A stretch of 64,000 nucleotides of DNA, taken from positions 1-64,000 of IMG/VR virus record IMGVR_UViG_3300032213_001531. One strand, given 5' to 3'. Each line of letters opens with the position of its first letter. The first letter of the stretch is position 1. Position numbers and translations under genes: made by a program. This stretch comes from a virus. The notes under the pieces were generated by a model. It did no database searches, was not told the origin of the DNA, and saw nothing but the letters and a program-made list of their open reading frames with translations. This document shows, in pieces, positions 54,701 through 63,785 of the stretch.

Positions 54701-57700
54701 CAGCACCAAGGGTTCCAGCAGCAATAGCTGAAGCAAGAGATTGATCTTCAATTACTTTAAGTGCATCGGTAACAGACATTCCTGCACCTCTTAAAATCTC
54801 AAATGCTTCTCTTTGTTTTTTAATGTTGTCTATACTTTGGGCTGCACCAAATTGAGCCATACCAACAACTACTGAATTAAAGGCTTCGGACAACCCTAGT
54901 AAGTCTTCAGTTATTCCAATGACGTTTCCTTTATCGTCTAGCTTGAATGGTTTTTGTTTATCCTTTTTACTTGGGTTTACATCTGAGTTTTTAAAAGCTT
55001 CAAACTCTTCTGCTGACATTCCAGATATTGCATCCATGAGTCCTGAAGATACTCCACCCTCTAGCATTATTTGCTGTAGGCCCTTAAACTTTGCAAACAT
55101 TCTGCTAAGACCGCCTTCAGCACCTTTACTATTTTCAAAAATAGCCATGATAGATTTTAATGGGGTAAGAGCATTAAAAGCTGAATCTCTAAATAGTTTT
55201 AGCTTCATTCCTAAATCCTCTAGAAAAGAATATGCTCCCTTTAATGTATCTGCAGCTTCTTGTGCAGCTAGCTTTTTTAGATCAGCAGTCTTTGGACCAT
55301 AGATAGAATCCAGTCTTTCTTTTAGTAACTTATCCAAAGTGCTTTTAGCAATACCTGGGTTTGCTTTACTTAACTGATCTATTTGTGCTTGTATGAGAGC
55401 TGCTGAGTTTGCTAATGGAAGAGGAATATCTTTCCAAAGTCCTTTTTTCTTAAACGCATTAATTAATTCTGCATTCAACTCTTGTTGGATGTTATCTGAT
55501 ATCAACAACTGATTTAAAGTAACTGATGCTTCTAGCTGTAGTGTTGGATCATAACTACTTAATAGATCCCAATTTTTTACTGCAGCATCAAGTGCTTCAT
55601 TTGGGCTTTTCCCTTTTAACTTTAATTCAGCTTGATACGCAATTAGCGCTGGTTTAGTAAGCTTTCCTCCTGGGAAATGTTTTCTAAGGGCATCAATTTC
55701 TTTTCCAAGTTTTTTGAGTACGGGAATGTCATCTGGATCTGATTCTATATTTAAATCTATTCTAAACTCTGGAGGGAATTGAATAAAGTCTTCTAACATT
55801 GAGTAGAATTCTCTAGCTTGTTGAGGGCCTTCTTTGCCATTAAAAGTACCAGCAACATTGACTACAGTATTAATGTTTTCTTGATCTGATAAATTTTGAA
55901 GAATCCAGCCAAGAGAATCCATCTCTTTAGCTCCTTGGCCTCCTAACATTAATTTCCAAGTTGTTTCAACATTTTTTCCAGTTGCTATAAAGTTCTCAAT
56001 TAAAGCTTTTGCAGATCCAGCAGAAATGTCACCAGCTACGACTGATGCTTGAACCATAACTCCAATTTTTGTTACATCTTGAGTTGTTTTTGCTTTTAAT
56101 CCTTGAATAATCCTTACTTGATTCTGCATTTCAGCAATATATTCTGCTTGCGCTGCAGTAAATTCACCACTATTACTATCGTAGGAATCTCTTCTTGCTT
56201 GAATTTCTGCTACTCTTTTTTCTGACTCTGCTAGTTGTTTCTTTAATTCTTTTCTTTCTTCTGAAGAAATTCCAGCTTCTTTTGGAATCAGTTTTGAATC
56301 TGGATTTAGCAATGCACTAAGTTCTGTTGCTGCAAGCTTTTCTGGACCTACGGCATCTTTATATTTATCATCAAAGGCTGTCTTGTATGCTTCTGCATAT
56401 TTAACCTTTGCATCTTTGCCACTAATGTTGTCCAAGAATCCAGTAGCTCGATCTACAACGTCTACCCCTTGATTTCTTAACTCTTGTTGATCTTGAAGGT
56501 TTTGATCATTAAGATCTTTAATCTTCTTTTCAATTTCAAGTCTTTTTTCTGCAGTCTTAACGGCCTCTTTTTCTTTAGTAAGTTTTTCAATTTGAGCATC
56601 AGTTTGCATTTGTAGTAGATCCATAGATTGTTGAACTTGTGCTAGTGACTGAATTGAATTACCTGCTACTGCTCCAGCAACTGCTCCTACAGCTTTCTTC
56701 TCTCTACCTTGTTGATACTTTCTAAGAGCTAGATCTGCAGCAAGTGTTGTTGCTAATATAATTGCTCCAGGAAGTACTCCTGCGCCAGTTGCAGAAGCAC
56801 CTGTTCCTAATGCTGCTGCTCCTCTTATAACTCCTGCGCCAAATCTTGCCTTTCCTAAAGTTCCTGCTATTTGTGACTCTTTTGCAAAAGTTGCTGCAGC
56901 AGGTAGCGATCTAGCCCCAGCTATAACCCCTGTTTTATCAAGTTGACTAGCAATACGGGCGCCAAGAAGAGCGCCACCGACTGTGCTTCCTGCAAGCTCA
57001 AACCCCTCACGTTTATTGATTCCAGTCCTTAGTCCAACAGCCCCTGCTCCAGGCACATTCTGCATGAGGTTAGCAAACCATCCGCCCATTTCTTTTTCAA
57101 CAACATCACTAAAAATATTCTGCATTTGAGTAGTAAGTTGTTTTTGATTTTTTAATATCTTTAATTGAACCCCAATAGGGTTATCTTTTAGATTTTTTCC
57201 ATCGGGGCCGATGATTTCTCTTAAAATTCCTCTAGCTTCAATCTCTAAAGATTGATCTCCCATATCTCTTGCAAGATTTACAATGATTGATTCTGCCTGA
57301 TCTGCAGACAATACTCCTTGGCTTACTGCTGAAGCAAGTTTTGTTCCTAGTTGTTTAGCTGCACCTCTACCGTTTGATTTTGCGTAAGTGTTAAACTCAG
57401 CAATAAATTGTTTTCCAAATTCGCTACCTGAAAAATCTTTACCAAATGTTTGATCAATTGGAGTTATCTCAAGTCTATTTGCTTCTCTCTTCTTGTCCAT
57501 AATTTGTGTTGCAGACATTGTTCCAAGGATAGATCCAAAACCTTCCAAAGACTCAATGGTATTTCCAATAGATTGTCCTTGTTTAACTCCATCAGCAATA
57601 GATTTTCTAATTGCCATGCTCTGCATTTTAAATGAAACGCCTAATGCTACTACTGTGGCAATCAATTTCTTTAGCGGTGAATTAAGAAGTGGCAATATCA

Positions 57701-60700
57701 TTGGAAGCATAGATGCTCCCATAATTGCTGTCATGTGATTAGAAGCAAATTTTCCTGCTGTTGAATCAGGTGATCCTTGTGCAATTCCTTGAGCAAGCAT
57801 AGGAATCATCATGGCTGCCATTCCTACACCCATCATTGTTTGAGATGATTTCATTCTTTGATCTTGTCTTGCATTAATTCTTTGTTCTTTATTTAATGCA
57901 TTACCATCTTGATCGTGGGTTGCAACTTTTCCATACCCTGTCCAATAACCACCATGTGGCTTAGGACCGCTAGGTCCACCAGGACCAGCAGGGCCACCCA
58001 TAGATGACAGGCGAGCATCAATCTTTCTAACTCTATCCATTGCTTTTGCGCTTGCTGATTGAACCCTAGCATTATTTGCAACTGCCTTAGTTCCAGTTAC
58101 TACCGCCGTTCCAAACTTGCTAACTTGAGCTGTAGCTTTTCCAAGTACATCTGCTCCCTTTGAAGGTGGTGGTGTATTTGCTACTGGAGTTGCTCCCCAA
58201 CCATCACCCTTATCAACCATGGTGTATCCAGGAAGAGGTCTTGGAACTCCACCCTTACCGCCTCTACCACTACCATGTTCAGGAATTGTTCCATTAATCA
58301 TTCCTGAAACTAATGAAGAATATTTGGCTGCAGCCTTGGCTGGAATGACTGCTTCTCCAGGAGATAGCATTGCTGGTTGAATATCTCCCGCACCCTTTGG
58401 CCCTGGAACTGAAAAAATTCCTTTTGCTAATGCAAGAGTATCCGCTGGCATATAGTCTGAGTCTTTAAATTTCTGATTCTTGTAATATCCATCATGAATT
58501 CTTTTCCTTAATAAATGTTCAGTAATTATATCTGTAGTTGTCCAAGTGTCTGCTTTATTTTTTGCACCCCAACCTTTATATTGATGTCTTTTACTTTCTA
58601 ATTTACTAAGTGCTATCAATGCTTCTTTTTCAGTTGTTACGTGAATTGCGCCCATCCTTTTTGAAAGTGCATTCATTCCAGAGTTTATAACTGTCTGATC
58701 TCTCACAACATTGTCTGCTGGCCAAAACTCTAAATCTCTATTTTTACCAGTAGCTTTTATATGGCTTGCTGCGATTCCACCTTCGCCAGATCTGACTCTC
58801 TCTATTGCAGTTTGAAAGTCTGGTGCTTTTAATACAGCAAGTGCATCTGCTTCTGAAATTTTTCCAGTATTAACAAGATTCTTCTTTACAGAAGCAAGCT
58901 CTTCTGCATAATAATTTAATAGCTTTTGTGCTGGTTTATTTTTACTAGGGTCAGCAAGAACTTTTTGCCATCTACTATTTACCTCTGGTGGAGTGGCTCT
59001 AGTTCTTGATCCTGACCAAGGATTTACATTTGCAAACAAACCTTTACCAGAAGCTGTTCCTATGTCTAATGGTTTACCGCTTTCTTTATACTTTAAAATT
59101 CTTGCTTCTAAAGCTTTTACTTTTTGTGCATAAATTGTTTTATCTGGATATGCTGCTTCAAACTCTTTCCATCTTCCTTCAAACTTAGCAGCCTCTGATG
59201 CTTTTACGGTCATAGATTGACCACCTATTTGAATTTGTGACATTCCAGACCCAAGGCTACTAATCTTAAATGAGGTGCCAGGAGGTAATGGGGTGAGTGG
59301 TAATCTTGTTCTAGATTCTAGACTAGCAACTGTTGCTGCTTCTTTTGCCCCTGAAACTTTTACTGCTGAAGCTGCGCCGTACATGCCCAGTCTTCCAGCC
59401 ATGTATCCTGGAACTACTCCACCCTTAGCGAAACCATTTCCTTGTGCCCATTTAGAAAAACCTTCCATAAAGTCTTTATCAGATAAGGATGAGGCGTGTC
59501 CCTTTTGTCTTGCTCTTAATGTAATTTCATCTTCTATTTTTTTTATTGCTGCAGGAGTTAATGCTTTCTTTGGATTAGCAATTACTGATGAATGAATCCC
59601 GTGAAGTTCTCTCCAGTTCGCACCCCTAGAATCCTCTAAGCGTCTAACCATGTCTTGATAAATACCCTGCTCTTCTTTATTTAACTTAAATCCTGCTATT
59701 GTTGCTTTAAGTCTTGGAAGAGTTTCATCGATCTCTCGTATCATTCTTGTATGGTATTCTTCTGCAGTCATTCCCTTTGGAATATTAGATGTTGCTTCAG
59801 CAAAGAATCTTTTTGCATTTGATCCCTTTACGCCAAGTAAATTTATACGAACCTGATCTTCAACGGATGGCATGCCTTTTGAATATGTTCTAAAACCAGA
59901 TGCTGTATCAAAGACTCCAGCATTTCCAGCATCAACCATATTTCTACCAGACACATTTGCCATTTGGAGATCTTTGTCTCCTCTTACTCCAGAAGCTAAA
60001 AGTTGTGCAAAGTATTCATCTTCACTAAACTTGCCCGTTGGTTTTGCAAACTCAGGGTTGTAAGGGGCTTCAGATACAATAATTTTTCTTTTCTTTTGTG
60101 GATCCGTTGGATCAATCATTGTACGAATTGTGTGCTCTGGTGCTTTTAGTGGAAAGGCTTTGTTTGTAATAGTAGCCATTCTTTCCTCTGCTAAAGCAGC
60201 AGTCTCATCAACATATGGCTTAACAAATACCTTAGTTCCATCTGGCTTTTGATACAATCCGCCAATTCCTTTAACAGGAAATGAGTGCCCTGTGGTTGCT
60301 TCAAGTTGAACGCCAAAATCTGTTGGATCCATGTTAGCAAATCGACTTGCTTCAGTTCCTTTTCCAATTGACTCCATTGATAGTCTTGCTTTACGTTGTA
60401 TATTAACTGCTTTAATGCTTTTTGGCATACCCAAAAATAGTGGCATTCTTCCAAGTATATGACCTGGCAAAGTTCCGTCAATCATCTGTCCAATAAATGG
60501 TGCATACTTCTTAGCCATGTCAGCAGGAATAACGGCTTCTCCAGGGGTTAGAAGGGCTGGGGTAGTATCTTTATTACCTGTTCCAGGAACACTTGTCACA
60601 CCCTTGGCAAAACGTCTTGGAGGGGTAACTCTGCCCCTGCTTGGCATAAACATTCCAGGGTTTGTACTAGCAAAACTAGACATTGCAACTTTTGCTTCTC

Positions 60701-62618
60701 TGTAAGCATTAGTTAAGGCAACAAGGCTTGCTGACTCAAGGACATATGCGGAAGACAAAGATTTATGGGCTGTTGCAAGACTATTTGATACAGCAATATT
60801 TTCTAGCTCTTCATTGCTGAGGTACTGTGTTCCAAGGGCTGCATCTTTTGATCCATAAGCTAAACCTTGAAAACCTTTACGAATAAGATTAAACATCTTC
60901 ATTAAGTTAGCTAAACCGTTAGCAACAAGACCAACGGTCATAAGTAGAATTGGACCAATACCAGCAACTGCTGCTACAATAATTGCTACTGCTTTTTTAA
61001 TTCCTTCAGGAGCATTGTTAAATTTATCAAACAGCTTAACAAAGAAATTAATAACTGGAGTCAATACCTTTGCAAACAATTCACCAATTGGAGCAATAGA
61101 TGCTTTAAGTTTTTCAATTGCTGCTTGCATTTTATACATAGGAGATGATTCCTGTGTTTTTAATTCTCTCTCAGATAACAGCGCCAACTCTTCTGCAGAT
61201 GCAGATGCCAATTTTAAAACTCTGCTTGCTTGGTTTCCTTCTTTTGTTACGTTATTTAAAAGTGCTGAGATTCTTGAAAACTGATACTTGCCAAAAACTT
61301 TTTCAATTGTTTGTGCTCTTTGTAGGTCTGTTAGTGGTTGTAATGCTTGAGCAAAAGAAACAACAGTATTTTTTAAGTTACCCTGATTGCTTTCAATAAT
61401 TCCCTTAAGGTTAATGCCTAGCTTTGAAGTTGCTTCAGTTGCTGCTTTTGATGGATTAATTAAAGATGCAAGACCAGACTTAAGTGCGTTAGCTCCTTGC
61501 TCTGCACTAATACCACCTTCTTTCATTGCTGTAAGGAAGAATGCTAAATCTTTTACATCTCCGCCAAGCTGTTTAATAACTGGAGCAACTCTTGGAATGG
61601 CATTAGATAAATCTTCAAGGCTTAAAACAGTTTGGTTTTCAACAGAGTTAAGAAAGTCCATTGTTTTAGATAGTTCGCCACTACCAATAGCAAAAGCATT
61701 TTGTAATGCAATTGTTGTTTCTAAAGCTTTGTCTTGTGCAACTCCACCAAGGACTGCTAATTTGTTTGCTTGTCTTACTACCGTATCAAGTTGCTGCCCT
61801 GAGTTACCTGCTGCTGCTGCATCTGCAGCCATCTTGATTGTTTCAGAAACTTTAAGTCCATACTTTGTATACTCTTTAGCAATATCTTTCATGTTTTTAA
61901 GGGCTTTGTCAGTATCATCTTGTGTTGTAAAGATGTCTCCATAAACCTTTTTAAATCTAATTGCTTGAGTTTCAATTTCTTTAAATGCTTTTATTGCTGA
62001 TCCTGCGAACATAGCTAAAGGAATTGTAAAACCAACCATAAGCTGGCGACCAGCCCACTGTGTATTCTTACCAAAGTTTAGAAGTTTTGTAGCACCATCG
62101 TCAAGCAGCTTATTCATTATCTGTTGACGTTGAATAGTCATTGACATTCTTGTTAATGCGTCGTTATAATTAAGTGCTTTTGGTGTAATTCGCATTGAGC
62201 GGATTGCACCCTGTGCGTCTTTACCTAGTTGGACATACTGGCTTTGAAGAGCCTTAACTCTTTTTTCAGCAAGGTTGCTAATTGTTTGAAATTCTCTAGC
62301 GTAATTCTTTCCAAATGTTTTAGTGGAAGCCATGCCATATCGATAGTATTCACGAAGTGATAGCTTGCCAGCTTCCAGACGTTTTGAAAACTGATCTGTA
62401 GAAGTTGCCATCTTGCCCATTGAGGCATTAAACATGCCTGTGGCATTAATGTTATGTAAAAGTGATTTTGAAAAATCGGCTTGAGCTAGTGATGCAGCTT
62501 TTGTGCCGACGATCATGGAACGGTTAAGTGCAGATATCTGCTTGTCTAGCCCACGTAGTGCGGACATAGCTTGTGTTGTATCAATATTAATTAAAATATT
62601 GCTGTTTACATCTGTCAT
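51777..62618 (-). CDS. Tape measure protein with inserted enzymatic domains
   Basis: TP901-like TMP core (AAAAG, ENQT, G.....GANAL), coiled coils; follows the tail chaperones. Confidence 0.92.
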   Translation of the reverse strand: MTDVNSNILINIDTTQAMSALRGLDKQISALNRSMIVGTKAASLAQADFSKSLLHNINATGMFNASMGKMATSTDQFSKRLEAGKLSLREYYRYGMASTKTFGKNYAREFQTISNLAEKRVKALQSQYVQLGKDAQGAIRSMRITPKALNYNDALTRMSMTIQRQQIMNKLLDDGATKLLNFGKNTQWAGRQLMVGFTIPLAMFAGSAIKAFKEIETQAIRFKKVYGDIFTTQDDTDKALKNMKDIAKEYTKYGLKVSETIKMAADAAAAGNSGQQLDTVVRQANKLAVLGGVAQDKALETTIALQNAFAIGSGELSKTMDFLNSVENQTVLSLEDLSNAIPRVAPVIKQLGGDVKDLAFFLTAMKEGGISAEQGANALKSGLASLINPSKAATEATSKLGINLKGIIESNQGNLKNTVVSFAQALQPLTDLQRAQTIEKVFGKYQFSRISALLNNVTKEGNQASRVLKLASASAEELALLSERELKTQESSPMYKMQAAIEKLKASIAPIGELFAKVLTPVINFFVKLFDKFNNAPEGIKKAVAIIVAAVAGIGPILLMTVGLVANGLANLMKMFNLIRKGFQGLAYGSKDAALGTQYLSNEELENIAVSNSLATAHKSLSSAYVLESASLVALTNAYREAKVAMSSFASTNPGMFMPSRGRVTPPRRFAKGVTSVPGTGNKDTTPALLTPGEAVIPADMAKKYAPFIGQMIDGTLPGHILGRMPLFLGMPKSIKAVNIQRKARLSMESIGKGTEASRFANMDPTDFGVQLEATTGHSFPVKGIGGLYQKPDGTKVFVKPYVDETAALAEERMATITNKAFPLKAPEHTIRTMIDPTDPQKKRKIIVSEAPYNPEFAKPTGKFSEDEYFAQLLASGVRGDKDLQMANVSGRNMVDAGNAGVFDTASGFRTYSKGMPSVEDQVRINLLGVKGSNAKRFFAEATSNIPKGMTAEEYHTRMIREIDETLPRLKATIAGFKLNKEEQGIYQDMVRRLEDSRGANWRELHGIHSSVIANPKKALTPAAIKKIEDEITLRARQKGHASSLSDKDFMEGFSKWAQGNGFAKGGVVPGYMAGRLGMYGAASAVKVSGAKEAATVASLESRTRLPLTPLPPGTSFKISSLGSGMSQIQIGGQSMTVKASEAAKFEGRWKEFEAAYPDKTIYAQKVKALEARILKYKESGKPLDIGTASGKGLFANVNPWSGSRTRATPPEVNSRWQKVLADPSKNKPAQKLLNYYAEELASVKKNLVNTGKISEADALAVLKAPDFQTAIERVRSGEGGIAASHIKATGKNRDLEFWPADNVVRDQTVINSGMNALSKRMGAIHVTTEKEALIALSKLESKRHQYKGWGAKNKADTWTTTDIITEHLLRKRIHDGYYKNQKFKDSDYMPADTLALAKGIFSVPGPKGAGDIQPAMLSPGEAVIPAKAAAKYSSLVSGMINGTIPEHGSGRGGKGGVPRPLPGYTMVDKGDGWGATPVANTPPPSKGADVLGKATAQVSKFGTAVVTGTKAVANNARVQSASAKAMDRVRKIDARLSSMGGPAGPGGPSGPKPHGGYWTGYGKVATHDQDGNALNKEQRINARQDQRMKSSQTMMGVGMAAMMIPMLAQGIAQGSPDSTAGKFASNHMTAIMGASMLPMILPLLNSPLKKLIATVVALGVSFKMQSMAIRKSIADGVKQGQSIGNTIESLEGFGSILGTMSATQIMDKKREANRLEITPIDQTFGKDFSGSEFGKQFIAEFNTYAKSNGRGAAKQLGTKLASAVSQGVLSADQAESIIVNLARDMGDQSLEIEARGILREIIGPDGKNLKDNPIGVQLKILKNQKQLTTQMQNIFSDVVEKEMGGWFANLMQNVPGAGAVGLRTGINKREGFELAGSTVGGALLGARIASQLDKTGVIAGARSLPAAATFAKESQIAGTLGKARFGAGVIRGAAALGTGASATGAGVLPGAIILATTLAADLALRKYQQGREKKAVGAVAGAVAGNSIQSLAQVQQSMDLLQMQTDAQIEKLTKEKEAVKTAEKRLEIEKKIKDLNDQNLQDQQELRNQGVDVVDRATGFLDNISGKDAKVKYAEAYKTAFDDKYKDAVGPEKLAATELSALLNPDSKLIPKEAGISSEERKELKKQLAESEKRVAEIQARRDSYDSNSGEFTAAQAEYIAEMQNQVRIIQGLKAKTTQDVTKIGVMVQASVVAGDISAGSAKALIENFIATGKNVETTWKLMLGGQGAKEMDSLGWILQNLSDQENINTVVNVAGTFNGKEGPQQAREFYSMLEDFIQFPPEFRIDLNIESDPDDIPVLKKLGKEIDALRKHFPGGKLTKPALIAYQAELKLKGKSPNEALDAAVKNWDLLSSYDPTLQLEASVTLNQLLISDNIQQELNAELINAFKKKGLWKDIPLPLANSAALIQAQIDQLSKANPGIAKSTLDKLLKERLDSIYGPKTADLKKLAAQEAADTLKGAYSFLEDLGMKLKLFRDSAFNALTPLKSIMAIFENSKGAEGGLSRMFAKFKGLQQIMLEGGVSSGLMDAISGMSAEEFEAFKNSDVNPSKKDKQKPFKLDDKGNVIGITEDLLGLSEAFNSVVVGMAQFGAAQSIDNIKKQREAFEILRGAGMSVTDALKVIEDQSLASAIAAGTLGAAGSDEMKKFIKDIAEANSAMEKMQVITDTLTKNAEFDVFAKTPEVVGAMKSMGYSVEQIDAVLGNPAMLKQFTQNIKDGKIDIAAIEGSTGAISEFLKDIEAKKLIDIQINFNKGDYAQVASSGLDMVNQMFAVQEDLIKTGVDSRSTKDVAQLSANETKIKELQSQLRPYEAQIEQLQYKINDIQAAVSLNISQKIDDYQKEINDLQHQIDVQFNEPIQALQDQSSALSHDLDLINHAAEEINKRYDQQAESLTTVKEINDAILSQQEKQISLADALTSGDISAAGKAMQDMRKASADLYSNAAQKSFELARKNELDRLVATQGLTQDQIKEKQYQISQDIYALETDPRKIAIQDSIKSKTKTIYELEQLRENNLKQIRTYENEIAKITKDSVVDRERMIAALNTENETIQARLDKLVEETTVLGKNKDAWAAIEAKVKAYDLSKKDLDTAFAALLAASTAINAQWESIMTKIGAYAATPAKDSKIMTTAQTIVTNSGSTANVAKSEADAKAASDKITADAKAAADKIIADAKAAAEKSKAEADALVAAALKIKAEAVTAAEKAAAEKALAEAQAAADADTAAANAALKIAEDAANAAIAAAAAAVAMAQAAQDAADAIDAQATAALDAALAAADAALNNNANTKPVGYDEGVAAVNNAKQVYADMSDRFGDYMNKGRLAELQTAQDAITKAENNLKLIESGMSISNSIAENLNALIEQNAALLAKNSDRLAKANALLAKAIASKNSTSGNTSTASPSSTTSSSTTSSSSSTTSSSSSTTSSSSSTTSSTTSNANDPATMLTFSEPLIGSPNQTSYTVWGNDYKNGDVYTDTGVGALIYRRKTDSWEPFTGNKDGINYKDGQPTPFNFSTGFAAKSSGGLIPQFFASGGYAMGTDTVPAMLTPGEFVMSKYAVNTHGADKMKAINNGDSVGDAVYNYSISVNVKSDANPDEIARSVMAQIKQIDSQKIRGSRF
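52336..52428 (-). repeat. 21-nt and 15-nt tandem repeats encoding a Ser/Thr linker in the TMP
   Basis: GATGTTGTTGAAGAAGATGAA x3 and GATGTTGTTGAAGAA x2 (+ strand). Confidence 0.9.
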
Positions 62619-62648
62619 TTAACCGCCATGACCCCCTATTTTATTTTT

Positions 62649-62975
62649 TTATTCTTGTGAAGCAAGTGCAAGTAATGCTGAATCATTTAGATTGATACCT
62701 GATGCTGCTTCAATGATCTTGTATACTGTTGGCAGATCAACTAAATCTTCCAAATCAGCAACAGAGTAGTCTGCGTCTGCTTTATATTGTTTCATTGCAA
62801 TGTGGACACATTCAATTAGGATGTCCATTGATTTTTCGTTATCTGTTGCTACTGCTGTTAGTCCTTCAAAAGATTTCATAAACGGTCTAAGTAAAGAAAT
62901 CTTAAGTGGCTGTGCGTCAATTTTTGTTCCGTCGATAAAGACGATCTCATTCTTTTCAATTGGCTTAGTTGCCAT
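62649..62975 (-). CDS. Tail assembly chaperone, short (G-like) form
   Basis: Between major tail and TMP genes; AGGAGG RBS; own TGGTATAAT. Confidence 0.75.
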   Translation of the reverse strand: MATKPIEKNEIVFIDGTKIDAQPLKISLLRPFMKSFEGLTAVATDNEKSMDILIECVHIAMKQYKADADYSVADLEDLVDLPTVYKIIEAASGINLNDSALLALASQE

Positions 62976-63026
62976 GTATAACCTCCTGTGGTTGTAAATC
63001 AATTATACCATAGGCAGGCTTATTTT

Positions 63027-63713
63027 TTAGTCTATTTTTTCGTAAGACAATCCCATACCAATACCAAAACCAGCCTTTTGTGCATTTACTCCTTGCAATG
63101 CTAAAACGTCTTTTGAGTTAGCTGCTGTGCCACCGCTGTAAACTCTAGCTTTTAGCTCTTCCCAGGCATTTCCAGTACTCTTATTACTTGCCTTATCTAG
63201 GTCAACACCTTGCATTGCTGCTAAAAATTTCTGTTCATCGTATCTTGATTCTCTTTTACTTTCAAGAGTTGCTATTAGTTCTGGCATTGATAAAGACTCT
63301 TCTAATTGATTGTAGTCTTTCCAGATGCCCAGCAAAAATAACTCAGACTCTAGCTTTGCTAAATCTAATGTTTCCCAAGAAGATCCACTTTCTACTGCTT
63401 GCTCTTTAACGCTTTGCTCTGAATCTTTATCTACTTTAATACCTGCTGCAATATCTATTAGTTTATATATTGTAGGAAGGTCAAAGTTATCTTCTAGATC
63501 CTCTACCGTCTTTATTTCTGGCATATATTGTTGCATGGCAATTCTGGCACACTCTACTAGATTTTCAATAGTGTCTTGATCCCCTTGAGATTTTCTAACA
63601 ATTTCAAAAGCAACCATAAATTGTCTTAAATATTTTATTTTTAATGGAGTGATATAAAGTGGCGTTCCATCAACTAAATAAAGGACTTCACTATTGTATA
63701 TTCTCGTAGCCAT
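63027..63713 (-). CDS. Tail assembly chaperone, long (GT-like) form
   Basis: N-half homologous to 62649..62975; C-half L.....W....LE..LS..EL resembles a T domain. Confidence 0.75.
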   Translation of the reverse strand: MATRIYNSEVLYLVDGTPLYITPLKIKYLRQFMVAFEIVRKSQGDQDTIENLVECARIAMQQYMPEIKTVEDLEDNFDLPTIYKLIDIAAGIKVDKDSEQSVKEQAVESGSSWETLDLAKLESELFLLGIWKDYNQLEESLSMPELIATLESKRESRYDEQKFLAAMQGVDLDKASNKSTGNAWEELKARVYSGGTAANSKDVLALQGVNAQKAGFGIGMGLSYEKID

Positions 63714-63727
63714 TAATATAGTATACC

Positions 63728-63765
63728 AAAAACAAAATTGCCCCGCATCCTAAGATGAAGGGCAA
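63728..63765 (-). terminator. Intrinsic terminator after the major tail gene
   Basis: TTGCCC..CATC-TTAG-GATG..GGGCAA followed by TTTTGTTTTT. Confidence 0.75.
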
Positions 63766-63785
63766 CTCTGTATTATTAAGTTGTA

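Noticed and set aside
52860-61944. Several + strand ORFs inside the TMP, considered as possible immunity genes for the payload
   Set aside because: They mostly mirror the TMP codon frame, have low-complexity Ser/Ala/Leu/Cys composition and lack start signals.
62649-63713. Programmed frameshift joining the tail chaperones
   Set aside because: The ORFs are separated by a promoter and RBS, and the longer product is already encoded in one frame.
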